The notes beneath the pieces are model-generated. The model searched no databases. It worked only from the letters and a program-made list of their open reading frames with translations, and was not told the DNA's origin. Below are positions 1-11,827 of a DNA stretch of 64,000 nt, in pieces. This DNA is from Macrostomum hystrix. Taxonomy: Eukaryota > Animalia > Platyhelminthes. The DNA lies in contig CATNEN010000014.1 of the NCBI GenBank assembly GCA_950097015.1, positions 1,798,001-1,862,000 of the forward strand, read 5' to 3'. The position numbers and the translations under genes were made by a program. Positions within the stretch are counted from its first letter, which is position 1. The number at the start of each line of letters is the position of its first letter.

Positions 1-234
1 ACCTACTTCATTGGAGACCACCGCAACATGTTCCCGCACATGTCCAACCGCGTGACCCTCACCCTGAGCGACTTCGGCAGCCAGGACGGCGGACAGGTGC
101 CGGATAATCGGGCCCTGATCTGCGGCAACGATGCCGCCATGAAGCCGCTGCTGGACTCTGGCGCTGTTGCCAAGGTACCGGCGGATCGCGAGATCGACCT
201 CAGGACCATGCGAGCTCCGGCCGGACTGGCTCAG
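1..234 (+). CDS. OGT: O-GlcNAc transferase, internal exon (gene starts upstream of the window)
   Basis: Frame 1 reads TYFIGDHRNMFPHM, matching the OGT motif FFIGDHANMFPHL. Ends at donor CAG|GTGAGT (235), phase 0. Confidence 0.9.
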
Positions 235-309
235 GTGAGTCCACTGCTTGTGTCTGTTTTATAGGCTTTACTGAAGGCGATATTGAAATCTCATCGTATC
301 ATTTTTTAA

Positions 310-730
310 ACTCAGGAAGGTCACAGTGCTCACGAGATTAGGGGTAGTCGGGAAGTCCTAGTCCTCAGAGATTAGGGGAACTCAGGAAGGTCATTGTGCT
401 TAAGAGATTAGGGGAACTCAAGAAGGTCATAGTACTCCAGATTAGGAGAACTCGGGAAGGTCATTGTGCTTAAGAGATTAGGAGAACCCAAGAAGGTCAT
501 AGTACTCACAGATTAGGAGAACTCGGGAAGGTCATTGTGCTTAAGAGATTAGGGGAACCCAAGAAGGTCATAGTACTCACAGATTAGGAGAACTCGGGAG
601 GGTCATTGTGCTTAAAAGATTATAGGAACTCAAGAAGGTCATAGTACTCACAGATTAGGAGAACTCGGGAAGGTCATTGTGCTTAAGAGATTAGGGGAAC
701 TCAGGAAAGTCATAGTGCTCAGAGATTCAG
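310..730. repeat. ~35-36-bp minisatellite (alternating variants) in OGT intron
   Basis: Repeated GAGATTAGG(G/A)GAACTC(A/G)(G/A)GAAGGTCAT(T/A)GT..., about 12 copies. Confidence 0.85.
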
Positions 731-876
731 CTGAAGGTCATCGGGCTCACATTGATAAGGCAGGATTGATGCAGGGTTAGGGTCAGTTGTGTATTTCTAT
801 GCGCCCTGAGAAGAAACTTCGTCGATTCGCTGTAAATGACAATCCTACATCTGCGATCAATTTGGGCACCCCGCAG

Positions 877-1231
877 GCCCTTCGAGACATGGTGCAGCAG
901 TGCGCCCCGTCCCTGACGGCCGTCCTGCCCGGCATGAGCAGCCCCGTAACCCTGCTCAACGGCGCAGCCCTGGTCCAGTGCGCCCTGAAGGTGTCCACAG
1001 GTGAAGAGCAGTGCCGCGGCCTGGTTTACACCTGCCGAGCCGCCTACGGCCTGCCCGAGGATGCCATTGTGTACTGCAACTTCAACCAGCTGTACAAGAT
1101 TTGTCCGGACACTCTCAGCATGTGGTGCCAGATCCTGCGGCTGGTGCCAAACTCGGTCATGTGGCTGCTGAGGTTCCCGGTTGTTGGCGAGGCCAACATC
1201 ATCGCCACAGCGGTCAAGCACGGCATAGCAG
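877..1231 (+). CDS. OGT: O-GlcNAc transferase, penultimate exon
   Basis: Acceptor CCGCAG| at 876 (phase 0). Encodes [19 protein letters not shown]...[12 protein letters not shown], the OGT C-terminal catalytic lobe including the NQLYK lysine. Donor G|GTTGGT at 1232, phase 1. Confidence 0.93.
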
Positions 1232-1326
1232 GTTGGTGCTCAATTTATTCACTAATTAGGATATTGAGCTCAGATAAATTAAGGCTGCATCGTTGCATAC
1301 ATTCTCCACCCCTTGGACCGCCGCAG

Positions 1327-1886
1327 CCAATCGCATCGTGTTCTCCAACGTGGCCCCCAAAGAGGAGCACGTGCGCCGTGGCCTACTGGCCGACGTCTGC
1401 TTGGACACGCCTCTGTGCAATGGACACACCACCGGCATGGACGTCCTGTGGGCCGGCTGCCCGGTGGTCACCCTGCCCGCCGAGACCCTGGCCTCCCGCG
1501 TGGCCGCCTCCCAGCTGGTGACCCTCGGCCTGCCTGAGCTGGCTGCCAGGTCGCGGGATCAGTACGTGCGCATCGCTGCCCGCCTTGGCAACGAGCCCAG
1601 CTACCTGCGCTCCGTCCGGCGCCGGGTCTGGGCCGGCCGCAACTCCACCTGCCTGTTCGACTGCCGGCAGTACGCCAGGGACCTGGAGCGGCTGTACGAG
1701 CTGGCCTGGCAGCGGGGCCAGCGCCCAACTCAGCACGCCACGGAGCTCAACAAGCAGCCCGACTGGCACGTCGGCTGCAACTGCTCGGCCGCTGAGTCTA
1801 CCGCCGCCGCTGGCAGGAAGGAGACCGGCGACGTCTCCGCCAACGGCTGCTCGGACGCCTCGCCGCCCAGATCCACCGAGACCTGA
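1327..1886 (+). CDS. OGT: O-GlcNAc transferase, last exon
   Basis: Acceptor CCGCAG| at 1326, and phase 1 restores the frame. Encodes [41 protein letters not shown]...[11 protein letters not shown]. Stop TGA at 1884-1886. Confidence 0.95.
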
Positions 1887-4162
1887 TTGATGCCCCGACA
1901 GCCCTGAAGGACTGGAATTAGCCGGTCCCTCCTGTCAGTTTAAGTCTGCCTGCCCGTGTGTTTATTTGCTTTGCTCTGTTGCTCTCTCCGCGTCTCTGCG
2001 CTTGGCTGTTGGCCACTCTTCAGACAGTGTAGATGATGGTTCAAATGAAATACATTCAGTTAATCAGCACAGCTAAGACGCGGAGAATCGCTTTCAGCGT
2101 CAATAGCAAACCCATCGGTGGCAAGCTAGAACACCGCCTAGATTCAGCTAGAGAGTTTATTGTTCTTATCGATTGCCATTGCGCACCTCGTCATTCTCGC
2201 ACCGGCACATTCACTAATCCATTCACGCACTAACTAGCTCACTCACTCTGTACTCTGTTGGTGAATGCTGCTTTTCTATCTTCTCTTTCAGTGTCTGTTG
2301 TTTGTTGTCGTGTAGCCTAGCCGACCCCTTCCTGTTGGAATCGTATTAGACTCGTGGCATCACTTCTGCTATAATTGTGCTCATGATTATCCGTTTGGGA
2401 CGCCGGCTGTCTCAATGGAGGGGCCCAACTTTGTCGCTTTGAGGAAATAATGGTCTATGGTCCAAACTGTGGATATTGCTCCTATCACAATAACTGCCAT
2501 CGAAGTGGGCCCCTTTTTGAATAGCCTTTTTGCGCGTCTGGCTTTCATTTTTCTTAATTATTGTTTTATTATTCAATGGGTGAATGTTGCTCATATCGGG
2601 CTGCTGCTGCTGCTGCTGCTGCCGCACCGGCAGTGCCTTGTGGGCGGTTAGCTCAATGCCGCATGCTGGCCCAGGGCGCAGGGATTTTCACCTGTGCAAT
2701 TGAAGCTCTGCCGCCTTCATGCCAGCCACTCCCAGCAGTAGCACCGGCTTGTCCAAGTAACCAATACCTGTCTATATATCTATTTATTGCTTACCTCTCG
2801 GCTGCCTTGCATCGAGTTACTCCGAGTTACTTATTTAACATGCCAGCTTCACACTGCCGCATGCTCATGTCCTCCTGTTTTCTCCATTATTAGACTATAA
2901 TGCCCTGCTTTAGCTATTAGATTTGAATATTTCAGTCGTTGGCTACACAACTGTTTCCTTGGTATCCACTTTCTATGCGTTTCTACTTCCCAGGTCAACC
3001 TGCGGCTCAGTTCGAGTCAGCATCTTGCTAACCGATTGATTGATTGATTTATTTACCTATAACTCGATTCACTAATCGGCTCTCTGCTTTTAGTGCTTGC
3101 TTTTTCTGTTTGTTTTTAATTCAGCTTCAGTTGTTTCCTTTCGTTATTTTCTATCATCCAGCTAGCTCGCTGTTTATTTAACAATAAATTCGGATATTTA
3201 TTTATTTCCTTGTCCCTTGCACTTTATTCATGCACGATTAACCCCCTCATCACCTTCGAAGTGTGGTTGCTGTAATTCAGTCATCAGTCTGATTATATAT
3301 TATCTGCATATACATATAATCACCTGGCTGCTTCTCAGCCTTCTACACACGTGTGTCCGGCATATTATATTTTCCGCATATTAATCCGTGGATACCGAAA
3401 TAATAACTTTACCGTGACTGCCTTAAATTTGTATCTTTTACTACAATGCAGATAGGTTTTATGCTCATGCTGAAATCCTGAAAATCACTAGAAGCACTTT
3501 ATAACTCTAAAAATGATGCCCGTCAGAATGTCAAAAGGCAAGTACAAGTGTATTTTTAAACTCTACTCAGTATATGCAATAAAACATAAAAATTAGATTT
3601 TAACCTCTAATTTACGTCGGAAGAGATAGCACAGTAGAAACATTCCCATTAAGGGCTAGATAAAGCCTCATCAGTCACGACGCGTGTGTGTCTTTAAGAG
3701 TCTGAAGCGTTAAACTTAAGCTATGATCTGCAATTGGTTTCGAAGATACAAAAAATTCAAACAAACTAATAATGCTTAACTTATTCGCATAGGGCCGGAT
3801 TCTCTGTGATGCATCAAGTGTTTTATATACGTTTAGGTTTGTATTTAAGAGGTTTAAATTGTTTTTTTATTCAAAATCATTATAGCATTTTTAATTTCGA
3901 CGTTTTTAGCAATATAAATCTGTAAATCTGACGTGTTAATTTCCCGATTGACATTCACATTCACATTCACATTCAAACAAGAGTATTGTAACTTAAAAAA
4001 TAACCATTCAATTACAGCGAAACTTACAAGATCTTCTGATGCAACTAAGATAACGTTCCAAAATAAATATAATTTATTTTTGTCAATGCATAAAAGAATT
4101 ACACAGCTTTGAAGTTTGTTCCTATCTCCGCAGTGTATATTCTTGTACTTTCAAAAAGTAAC

Positions 4163-7100
4163 TTCTACTGCATCAATCGCAATGAAAATTTACAAAACCT
4201 CTGATGCAATCGAGTTGATTGGATGTGTAAAATTTCAGACTGATTCATGAAAGCGTCTGCGGGTTATTCAATTTTAAAGTGTGTTTCGTATCTCCGTAGT
4301 GTATTTTTGGGAGCCAGCTTGACATTCGCAGGCAGACACTTCTACTGCATCAATCGCAATGAAAATTTACAAAACCTCTGATGCAATCGAGTTGATTGGA
4401 TGTGTAAAATTTCAGGCTGATTCATGAAAGCGTCTGCGGGTTATTCAATGTTAAAGTGTGTTCGTATCTCCGTAGTGTATTTTTGGGAGCCAGCTTGACA
4501 TTCGCGGGCAGACACTTCTACTGCATCAATCGCAATGAAAATTTACAAAACCTCTGATGCAATCGAGTTGATTGGATGTGTAAAATTTCAGGCTGATTCA
4601 TGAAAGCGTCTGCGGGTTATTCAATGTTAAAGTGTGTTTCGTATCTCCGTTGTGTATTTTTGGGAGCCAGCTTGACATTCGCAGGCAGACACTTCTACTG
4701 CATCGATCGCAATGAAAATTTACAAAACCTCTGATGCAATCGAGTTGATTGGATGTGTAAAATTTCAGACTGATTCATGAAAGCGTCTGCGGGTTATTCA
4801 ATGTTAAAGTGTGTTTCGTATCTCGTAGTGTATTTTTGGGAGCCAGCTTGACATTCGCGGGCAGACACTTCTACTGCCTCAATCGCAATGCAAATTTACA
4901 AAACCTCTGATGCAATCGAGTTGATTGGATGTGTAAAATTTCAGACTGATTCATGAAAGCGTCTGCGGGTTATTCAATGTTAAAGTGTGTTTCGTATCTC
5001 CGTAGTGTATTTTTGGGAGCCAGCTTGACATTCGCAGGCAGACACTTCTACTGCATCAATCGCAATGAAAATTTACAAAACCTCTGATGCAATCGAGTTG
5101 ATTGGATGTGTAAAATTTCAGGCTGATTCATGAAAGCGTCTGCGGGTTATTCAATGTTAAAGTGTGTTCGTATCTCCGTAGTGTATTTTTGGGAGCCAGC
5201 TTGACATTCGCAGGCAGACACTTCTACTGCATCAATCGCAATGAAAATTTACAAAACCTCTGATGCAATCGAGTTGATTGGATGTGTAAAATTTCAGACT
5301 GATTCATGAAAGCGTCTGCGGGTTATTCAATGTTAAAGTGTGTTTCGTATCTCCGTAGTGTATTTTTGGGAGCCAGCTTGACATTCGCAGGCAGACACTT
5401 CTACTGCATCGATCGCAATGAAAATTTACAAAACCTCTGATGCAATCGAGTTGATTGGATGTGTAAAATTTCAGACTGATTCATGAAAGCGTCTGCGGGT
5501 TATTCAATGTTAAAGTGTGTTTCGTATCTCCGTAGTGTATTTTTGGGAGCCAGCTTGACATTCGCAGGCAGACACTTCTACTGCATCAATCGCAATGAAA
5601 ATTTACAAAACCTCTGATGCAATCGAGTTGATTGGATGTGTAAAATTTCAGGCTGATTCATGAAAGCGTCTGCGGGTTATTCAATGTTAAAGTGTGTTCG
5701 TATCTCCGTAGTGTATTTTTGGGAGCCAGCTTGACATTCGCGGGCAGACACTTCTACTGCATCAATCGCAATGAAAATTTACAAAACCTCTGATGCAATC
5801 GAGTTGATTGGATGTGTAAAATTTCAGGCTGATTCATGAAAGCGTCTGCGGGTTATTCAATGTTAAAGTGTGTTTCGTATCTCCGTTGTGTATTTTTGGG
5901 AGCCAGCTTGACATTCGCAGGCAGACACTTCTACTGCATCGATCGCAATGAAAATTTACAAAACCTCTGATGCAATCGAGTTGATTGGATGTGTAAAATT
6001 TCAGACTGATTCATGAAAGCGTCTGCGGGTTATTCAATGTTAAAGTGTGTTTCGTATCTCGTAGTGTATTTTTGGGAGCCAGCTTGACATTCGCGGGCAG
6101 ACACTTCTACTGCCTCAATCGCAATGCAAATTTACAAAACCTCTGATGCAATCGAGTTGATTGGATGTGTAAAATTTCAGACTGATTCATGAAAGCGTCT
6201 GCGGGTTATTCAATGTTAAAGTGTGTTTCGTATCTCCGTAGTGTATTTTTGGGAGCCAGCTTGACATTCGCAGGCAGACACTTCTACTGCATCAATCGCA
6301 ATGAAAATTTACAAAACCTCTGATGCAATCGAGTTGATTGGATGTGTAAAATTTCAGGCTGATTCATGAAAGCGTCTGCGGGTTATTCAATGTTAAAGTG
6401 TGTTCGTATCTCCGTAGTGTATTTTTGGGAGCCAGCTTGACATTCGCAGGCAGACACTTCTACTGCATCAATCGCAATGAAAATTTACAAAACCTCTGAT
6501 GCAATCGAGTTGATTGGATGTGTAAAATTTCAGACTGATTCATGAAAGCGTCTGCGGGTTATTCAATGTTAAAGTGTGTTTCGTATCTCCGTAGTGTATT
6601 TTTGGGAGCCAGCTTGACATTCGCAGGCAGACACTTCTACTGCATCGATCGCAATGAAAATTTACAAAACCTCTGATGCAATCGAGTTGATTGGATGTGT
6701 AAAATTTCAGACTGATTCATGAAAGCGTCTGCGGGTTATTCAATGTTAAAGTGTGTTTCGTATCTCCGTAGTGTATTTTTGGGAGCCAGCTTGACATTCG
6801 CGGGCAGACACTTCTACTGCCTCAATCGCAATGCAAATTTACAAAACCTCTGATGCAATCGAGTTGATTGGATGTGTAAAATTTCAGACTGATTCATGAA
6901 AGCGTCTGCGGGTTATTCAATGTTAAAGTGTGTTTCGTATCTCCGTAGTGTATTTTTGGGAGCCAGCTTGACATTCGCAGGCAGACACTTCTACTGCATC
7001 AATCGCAATGAAAATTTACAAAACCTCTGATGCAATCGAGTTGATTGGATGTGTAAAATTTCAGGCTGATTCATGAAAGCGTCTGCGGGTTATTCAATGT

Positions 7101-7319
7101 TAAAGTGTGTTCGTATCTCCGTAGTGTATTTTTGGGAGCCAGCTTGACATTCGCGGGCAGACACTTCTACTGCATCAATCGCAATGAAAATTTACAAAAC
7201 CTCTGATGCAATCGAGTTGATTGGATGTGTAAAATTTCAGGCTGATTCATGAAAGCGTCTGCGGGTTATTCAATGTTAAAGTGTGTTTCGTATCTCCGTT
7301 GTGTATTTTTGGGAGCCAG
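4163..7319 (+). repeat. Left-arm tandem array of a 176-177-bp unit (~18 copies)
   Basis: The unit TTCTACTGCATCAATCGCAATGAAAATTTAC...GCAGACAC starts at 4163, 4340, 4516 ... 7165. Confidence 0.97.
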
Positions 7320-7509
7320 TGCAGCTTGACATCAGCTCGCAATGAATTCAAGGCAATTGATCTTCGCGGGCATATAAATCAGCCTGTGTAGTTTTTTTAC
7401 AGTAAAAGAGGGGCTGTGTGATTTAATGAGAATTTTTTAGTGTTGAGTTGTTTAAGTGTCTTATTGTAGTATTTTTGAACGAATAAATCAGTTTTCGCCC
7501 TGCTGAAGT

Positions 7510-8573
7510 TTCCCAACCGACAATTCTTGGCCAGATGACCTGGCTAGTTGCACGCGTAGCAACGCCTTGGACCAACAGTCATCGCTGCTGTGCTCGGTGG
7601 CGGTTGCTGCATCCTTCCGACGCGACTAGGACACTCACGCGCTAGGTGGCCGACGTCTCCGCACTGAAAGCAAGCACCATGCTGCCTCTGCTGTTGCTCT
7701 GCTAGACGACTAGGGGTCGCGGCGTACGCGCAGGCCCCCCTGTCTCCTAGCAACCCGGGCCCCGGGCCGCGCGGACGCGCAGACCCAGCAGGCGACGGTG
7801 CAGCAGACTGTCGAGGAGGCGGCGTCTGGCTCAGCCGCTTCAGTTGGTCTTCCAGCTCACGGATCCGCTGCTGAAGCGCTCCAAAACCTTTTGAACTGGC
7901 GGCTCTGGTGTCCACGGCAGCCACACCTGATGTCGTCTTCCTGGAGGTCTGGTCCGAGCCTGACGTCTTGGCGGCTAGAGTAGCTGCCTCCTTTCGTCGA
8001 ACGCAACGCACAGCCTCAGCGAGAGTAGCAGGCTGTTGAAGGATCACGTACTCCTTGACGCTCTCAGTAGCCTTAATGCCCTTCTTGAATCTGTCCCTTG
8101 CAAAACTGTTGACAATCTCAGCGGGCAGCTCGTCTTCAGGGTAGGCATTCCTCGCCAGCTCCAGCAGTGCATCGGCGTATGCCTCGTAGGTCTCGCCCTC
8201 CTTCTGCACTCGTGACTCCAGCTCCATCCGGTAATCTTCAGTCGTGCGGTGCTGCTGAAACCTTTCCAACAGAGCGTCCGTAAACTCCTGATATTCCAGA
8301 TCCTCACCCAGCTTGATTCTCCACCGCTGCAAATGCTGTATTCAAATCCAAGAAGCTAAGCAGGTGCGGCCTTCGAGCGGCCTCCGCAATCTGCGCAGCA
8401 TCACAATAAGCGTTGAACTTCTGCAACCACAGGCGAAAGTTGCCTCCACTAGAATACTTCGGCGGCTTCGCTGGCCTCTGGACATTCTGCGCTGCATTTA
8501 TCTCCTGCTGCAAGGTCCGACGCACCGAAGCAGTCATCAGCTCCACGAGGCGATTCACTCCTTCGTCTCCCAT
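7510..8573 (-). pseudogene. gag: Disrupted retrotransposon gag with two CCHC zinc knuckles
   Basis: ATG at 8573 begins MGDEG...FRLWLQKFNAYC. A frameshift near 8320 leads into the 7544-8332 frame (LESRVQKEGETYEAYADALLELARNAYP). Knuckle 1 is CFQCGDVGHLAREC. Knuckle 2, CYACN*PGHLAKNC, is broken by a TAG at 7544-7546. Confidence 0.85.
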
Positions 8574-8718
8574 GACGACAACAAAATCCTCGAATCACAA
8601 GATAAAAAATCTCACGGCAACAACAAAGCACTGACAAAAGTCCTAGAAAACACCCCTCCTGAACAGAATCCCTAAGCTAATTAACACATGGGGTCGAGGA
8701 TCCTAACAGGCACGAACT

Positions 8719-8736
8719 ATCCTGGTCACGACACCA
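8719..8736 (-). promoter_or_regulatory. Primer-binding site, tRNA-His type
   Basis: Minus strand TGGTGTCGTGACCAGGAT is complementary at 17/18 positions to the invertebrate tRNA-His 3' end ATCCTGGTCACGGCA-CCA (tRNA sequence recalled, not searched). Confidence 0.75.
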
Positions 8737-8737
8737 A

Positions 8738-9459
8738 TGTTGTGTCCCGAGACGGGCCAGCCGGCTTCGCCTCTCGCTCAGGACGAGCAGGGAGGTTCAG
8801 CACTTCCGTCCTACTATGTGTCGGCCTACTGTCGCACTAGACGCACAGGCAGTAAGCCGGCAACCAAGGTCGCAACGAATGCACAGGCCCTGGCGACAAA
8901 GTCCTAGTGACTGAACCCGAAAAGACAGAGGCAGACGACACTTACGTAGGCTTGCAGTGCGGGTTTGCGCTCGGGAGAGCTGGCTGAGTTGATGTATTTT
9001 GTCTGGTAGGCGGTGGTTGGGGTGCTCAACAAAACAAAACAGTCACGTCCGAGGGGGACGAGCGCGCGCACGCCAATAAATAAGACCTGCTCACCCAGGG
9101 TGAGCAGGGTAATACCCGATCACGGCTAAGCTGCAGGGTAGAGAGAGAAAGTAAGAGACAGTAAGAGAGAGAACCAGTCGCAGCCTCGCCAATCACGCAG
9201 GGTCAATAAGACAACTGGGCGAGCCGCGAACCAATGAGAGGGCAGGAACGGAAGATGACAATAACCGGGGGTACCCAACGTCTTAGCTCAACCAATCAGA
9301 CGCCAGGGGTGAGAGAAATTGATAGGCAGGCAGGCGCAGAGCAAGAAAGGGGCAGGGGGGGGGGCGACTCAAAGTGCAACGCGACTGTGAAAGTGCACCG
9401 AAAAATACAGTACATAGAAACTATTAAATACAGTACATAGAAACTATTAAATCACAACA
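8738..9459 (-). repeat. 5' LTR of the truncated retroelement (722 bp)
   Basis: Terminal inverted 7-mers TGTTGTG (8738-8744) and CACAACA (9453-9459). The PBS lies 1 nt inside. Internal 23-bp tandem duplication at 9403-9448. Confidence 0.8.
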
Positions 9460-10452
9460 CATTGAATAACCCGCAGACGCTTTTCATGAATCAGTCTGAA
9501 ATTTTACACATCCAATCAACTCGATTGCATCAGAGGTTTTGTAAATTTTCATTGCGATTGAGGCAGTAGAAGTGTCTGCCTGCGAATGTCAAGCTGGCTC
9601 CCAAAAATACACTACGGAGATACGAAACACACTTTAACATTGAATAACCCGCAGACGCTTTCATGAATCAGTCTGAAATTTTACACATCCAATCAACTCG
9701 ATTGCATCAGAGGTTTTGTAAATTTTCATTGCGATCGATGCAGTAGAAGTGTCTGCCTGCGAATGTCAAGCTGGCTCCCAAAAATACACTACGGAGATAC
9801 GAACACACTTTAACATTGAATAACCCGCAGACGCTTTCATGAATCAGTCTGAAATTTTACACATCCAATCAACTCGATTGCATCAGAGGTTTTGTAAATT
9901 TTCATTGCGATTGATGCAGTAGAAGTGTCTGCCTGCGAATGTCAAGCTGGCTCCCAAAAATACACTACGGAGATACGAACACACTTTAACATTGAATAAC
10001 CCGCAGACGCTTTCATGAATCAGTCTGAAATTTTACACATCCAATCAACTCGATTGCATCAGAGGTTTTGTAAATTTTCATTGCGATTGATGCAGTAGAA
10101 GTGTCTGCCTGCGAATGTCAAGCTGGCTCCCAAAAATACACTACGGAGATACGAACACACTTTAACATTGAATAACCCGCAGACGCTTTCATGAATCAGC
10201 CTGAAATTTTACACATCCAATCAACTCGATTGCATCAGAGGTTTTGTAAATTTTCATTGCGATTGATGCAGTAGAAGTGTCTGCCTGCGAATGTCAAGCT
10301 GGCTCCCAAAAATACACTACGGAGATACGAACACACTTTAACATTGAATAACCCGCAGACGCTTTCATGAATCAGCCTGAAATTTTACACATCCAATCAA
10401 CTCGATTGCATCAGAGGTTTTGTAAATTTTCACTGCGATTGATGCAGTAGAA
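9460..10452 (-). repeat. Right-arm inverted array of the same 176-177-bp unit (~5.6 copies)
   Basis: Reverse complement of the left-arm unit (CATTGAATAACCCGCAGACGC...GATGCAGTAGAA). Begins mid-unit exactly at the LTR end (9459/9460). Confidence 0.97.
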
Positions 10453-11609
10453 GTTACTTTTTGAAAGTACAAGAATATACACTGCGGAGATAGGAACAAA
10501 CTTCAAAGCAGAGTAATTCTTTTATGCATTGACAAAAATAAATTATATTTATTTTGGAACGTTATCTTAATTGCATCAGAAGATCTTGTAAGTTTCGCTG
10601 TAATTGAGTGGTTATTTTTTAAGTTACAATACTCTTGTTTGAATGTGAATGTGAATGTGAATGTCAATCGGGAAATTAATACGTGTAAATCTGCGTAAAA
10701 AGCAGTGTAAAAATTTACATATATAACTGGTTTACTTTTTTATTGGAACAAGCGTTGTTTTAGCAATTGAGTTCGGGCTATGGAGGCGACTCATTGTGAG
10801 CACTTTAAAATTATAAGGAATCGTTTGTTTCATTCTAGTATCGATCGCTATAATCGATATAATATTGATCGATTCGATTAAAGCATCACTCGGTAAATAA
10901 ATGTAAAATGCCTTCATCATCAAAATCGCTTATAATGAACAGTGTATATATATTTTAATAAAAACTAATCATGACCAATTAGATGGACCAAATTGTATCC
11001 CCGTGTAGATTGATCATGATAGACCACACTGCCACATATATTATTAATATTATAATATATATTATTTATTATATATTATATTATTATATATATATTAATA
11101 TATTTTATTAGAAATATAACTTGACTGGACTTGGTCACATGGACTCACGCCTCATGGTTGTAATACCTGGACAGACCCTAAACAGAAGCATTTCTTTCAC
11201 ATTTAAAATAAAAAATAATAAATGAAGTCTTATCTTAATCATTGTTAAGTTTGCTAGTAGAAAACATCAAAATATATTATGTATTTTTATTGCACATTTT
11301 TAATTTAAATTTATGCAAATTAATGATCGTATTCCTAAATCCTATTTATATGCCATGTGGCATGCCATTGTTTCTAAATATTCAGAGTATAAATTATATT
11401 AGTCTTGAATGGCATATAGGTAGTGTCCTAGGGCTAATTAATCCTACTGCTGTAACCAAAGTTGTCGTAGTGCTTATATAGTTTATTCAAGTACTGTTTT
11501 TATGTCAATCTTATGAATGTCTTTAATTATTCGCTTTAATTATTGCACTTCTTATTTCAATTCAATTTGGTAACATTTATGTATTTTAATCTGGTAGTGT
11601 TATATGTGC

Positions 11610-11786
11610 TGTAAGGTGTGCGGTGATTCATTCTCGCATCGCGTTGTAAGTTGGCTTCGTAAATTGTGCAATGCGATGTACATTCTCTGGTGTACATAGC
11701 CAAATATAAAGTCGCTCACTTGAGGCTTTAGTCACCTCGTGTTTTCTCGGTTCTCGCGCAAGTCTCGCCTTCTGACCTAGTTTACA
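11610..11786 (+). repeat. 5' LTR (177 bp)
   Basis: TGTAAGG...TTTACA. Differs from the 3' LTR at one position (CGCGTTGT vs CGCGTCGT). Confidence 0.95.
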
Positions 11787-11787
11787 T

Positions 11788-11800
11788 TGGTGGCAGCGGT
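11788..11800 (+). promoter_or_regulatory. Primer-binding site, tRNA-Leu type
   Basis: TGGTGGCAGCGGT is complementary to the tRNA-Leu 3' end ACCGCTGCCA-CCA and lies 1 nt after the LTR. Confidence 0.8.
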
Positions 11801-11827
11801 CTCTATCTCAAGTCGGCCCACTCACTC

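Larger units (their letters stand above)
7495..9459 (-). mobile_element. Truncated Ty3/Gypsy-like LTR retrotransposon (5' LTR + PBS + gag; pol and 3' LTR absent)
   Basis: The order LTR, PBS, leader, gag is seen on the minus strand. The sequence ends just after a GGGAAAC slippery motif near 7510, then turns into AT-rich non-coding DNA. The left boundary is approximate. Confidence 0.85.
3931..10684. mobile_element. Foldback-type (long modular TIR, 9-bp TSD; MULE/FB-like) non-autonomous DNA transposon
   Basis: Termini ACGTGTTAATTTCCCGATTGAC (3931) and GTCAATCGGGAAATTAATACGT (10684) are inverted. The outer 232-bp domains (3931-4162 / 10453-10684) are near-perfect reverse complements, with about 5 mismatches counted. 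GTAAATCTG flanks both ends (3922-3930, 10685-10693). The inner arms are inverted arrays of one 176-177-bp unit. No transposase ORF remains. Confidence 0.88.

Noticed and set aside
3915-3930. Alternative 8-bp TSD (TAAATCTG occurs twice in tandem on the left flank)
   Set aside because: Only the 9-bp reading (GTAAATCTG) leaves symmetric ACGT termini. The extra left copy is probably pre-existing target sequence or an old footprint.
4163-7319. Possible CRISPR array or rDNA/tRNA tandem cluster
   Set aside because: The units are contiguous near-identical 177-mers with no unique spacers, no cas genes are present, the context is eukaryotic, and no rRNA or tRNA fold was recognisable.
11610-11786. LTR length (177 bp) equals the foldback satellite unit length
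   Set aside because: No sequence similarity was seen between the two, so this is treated as coincidence.
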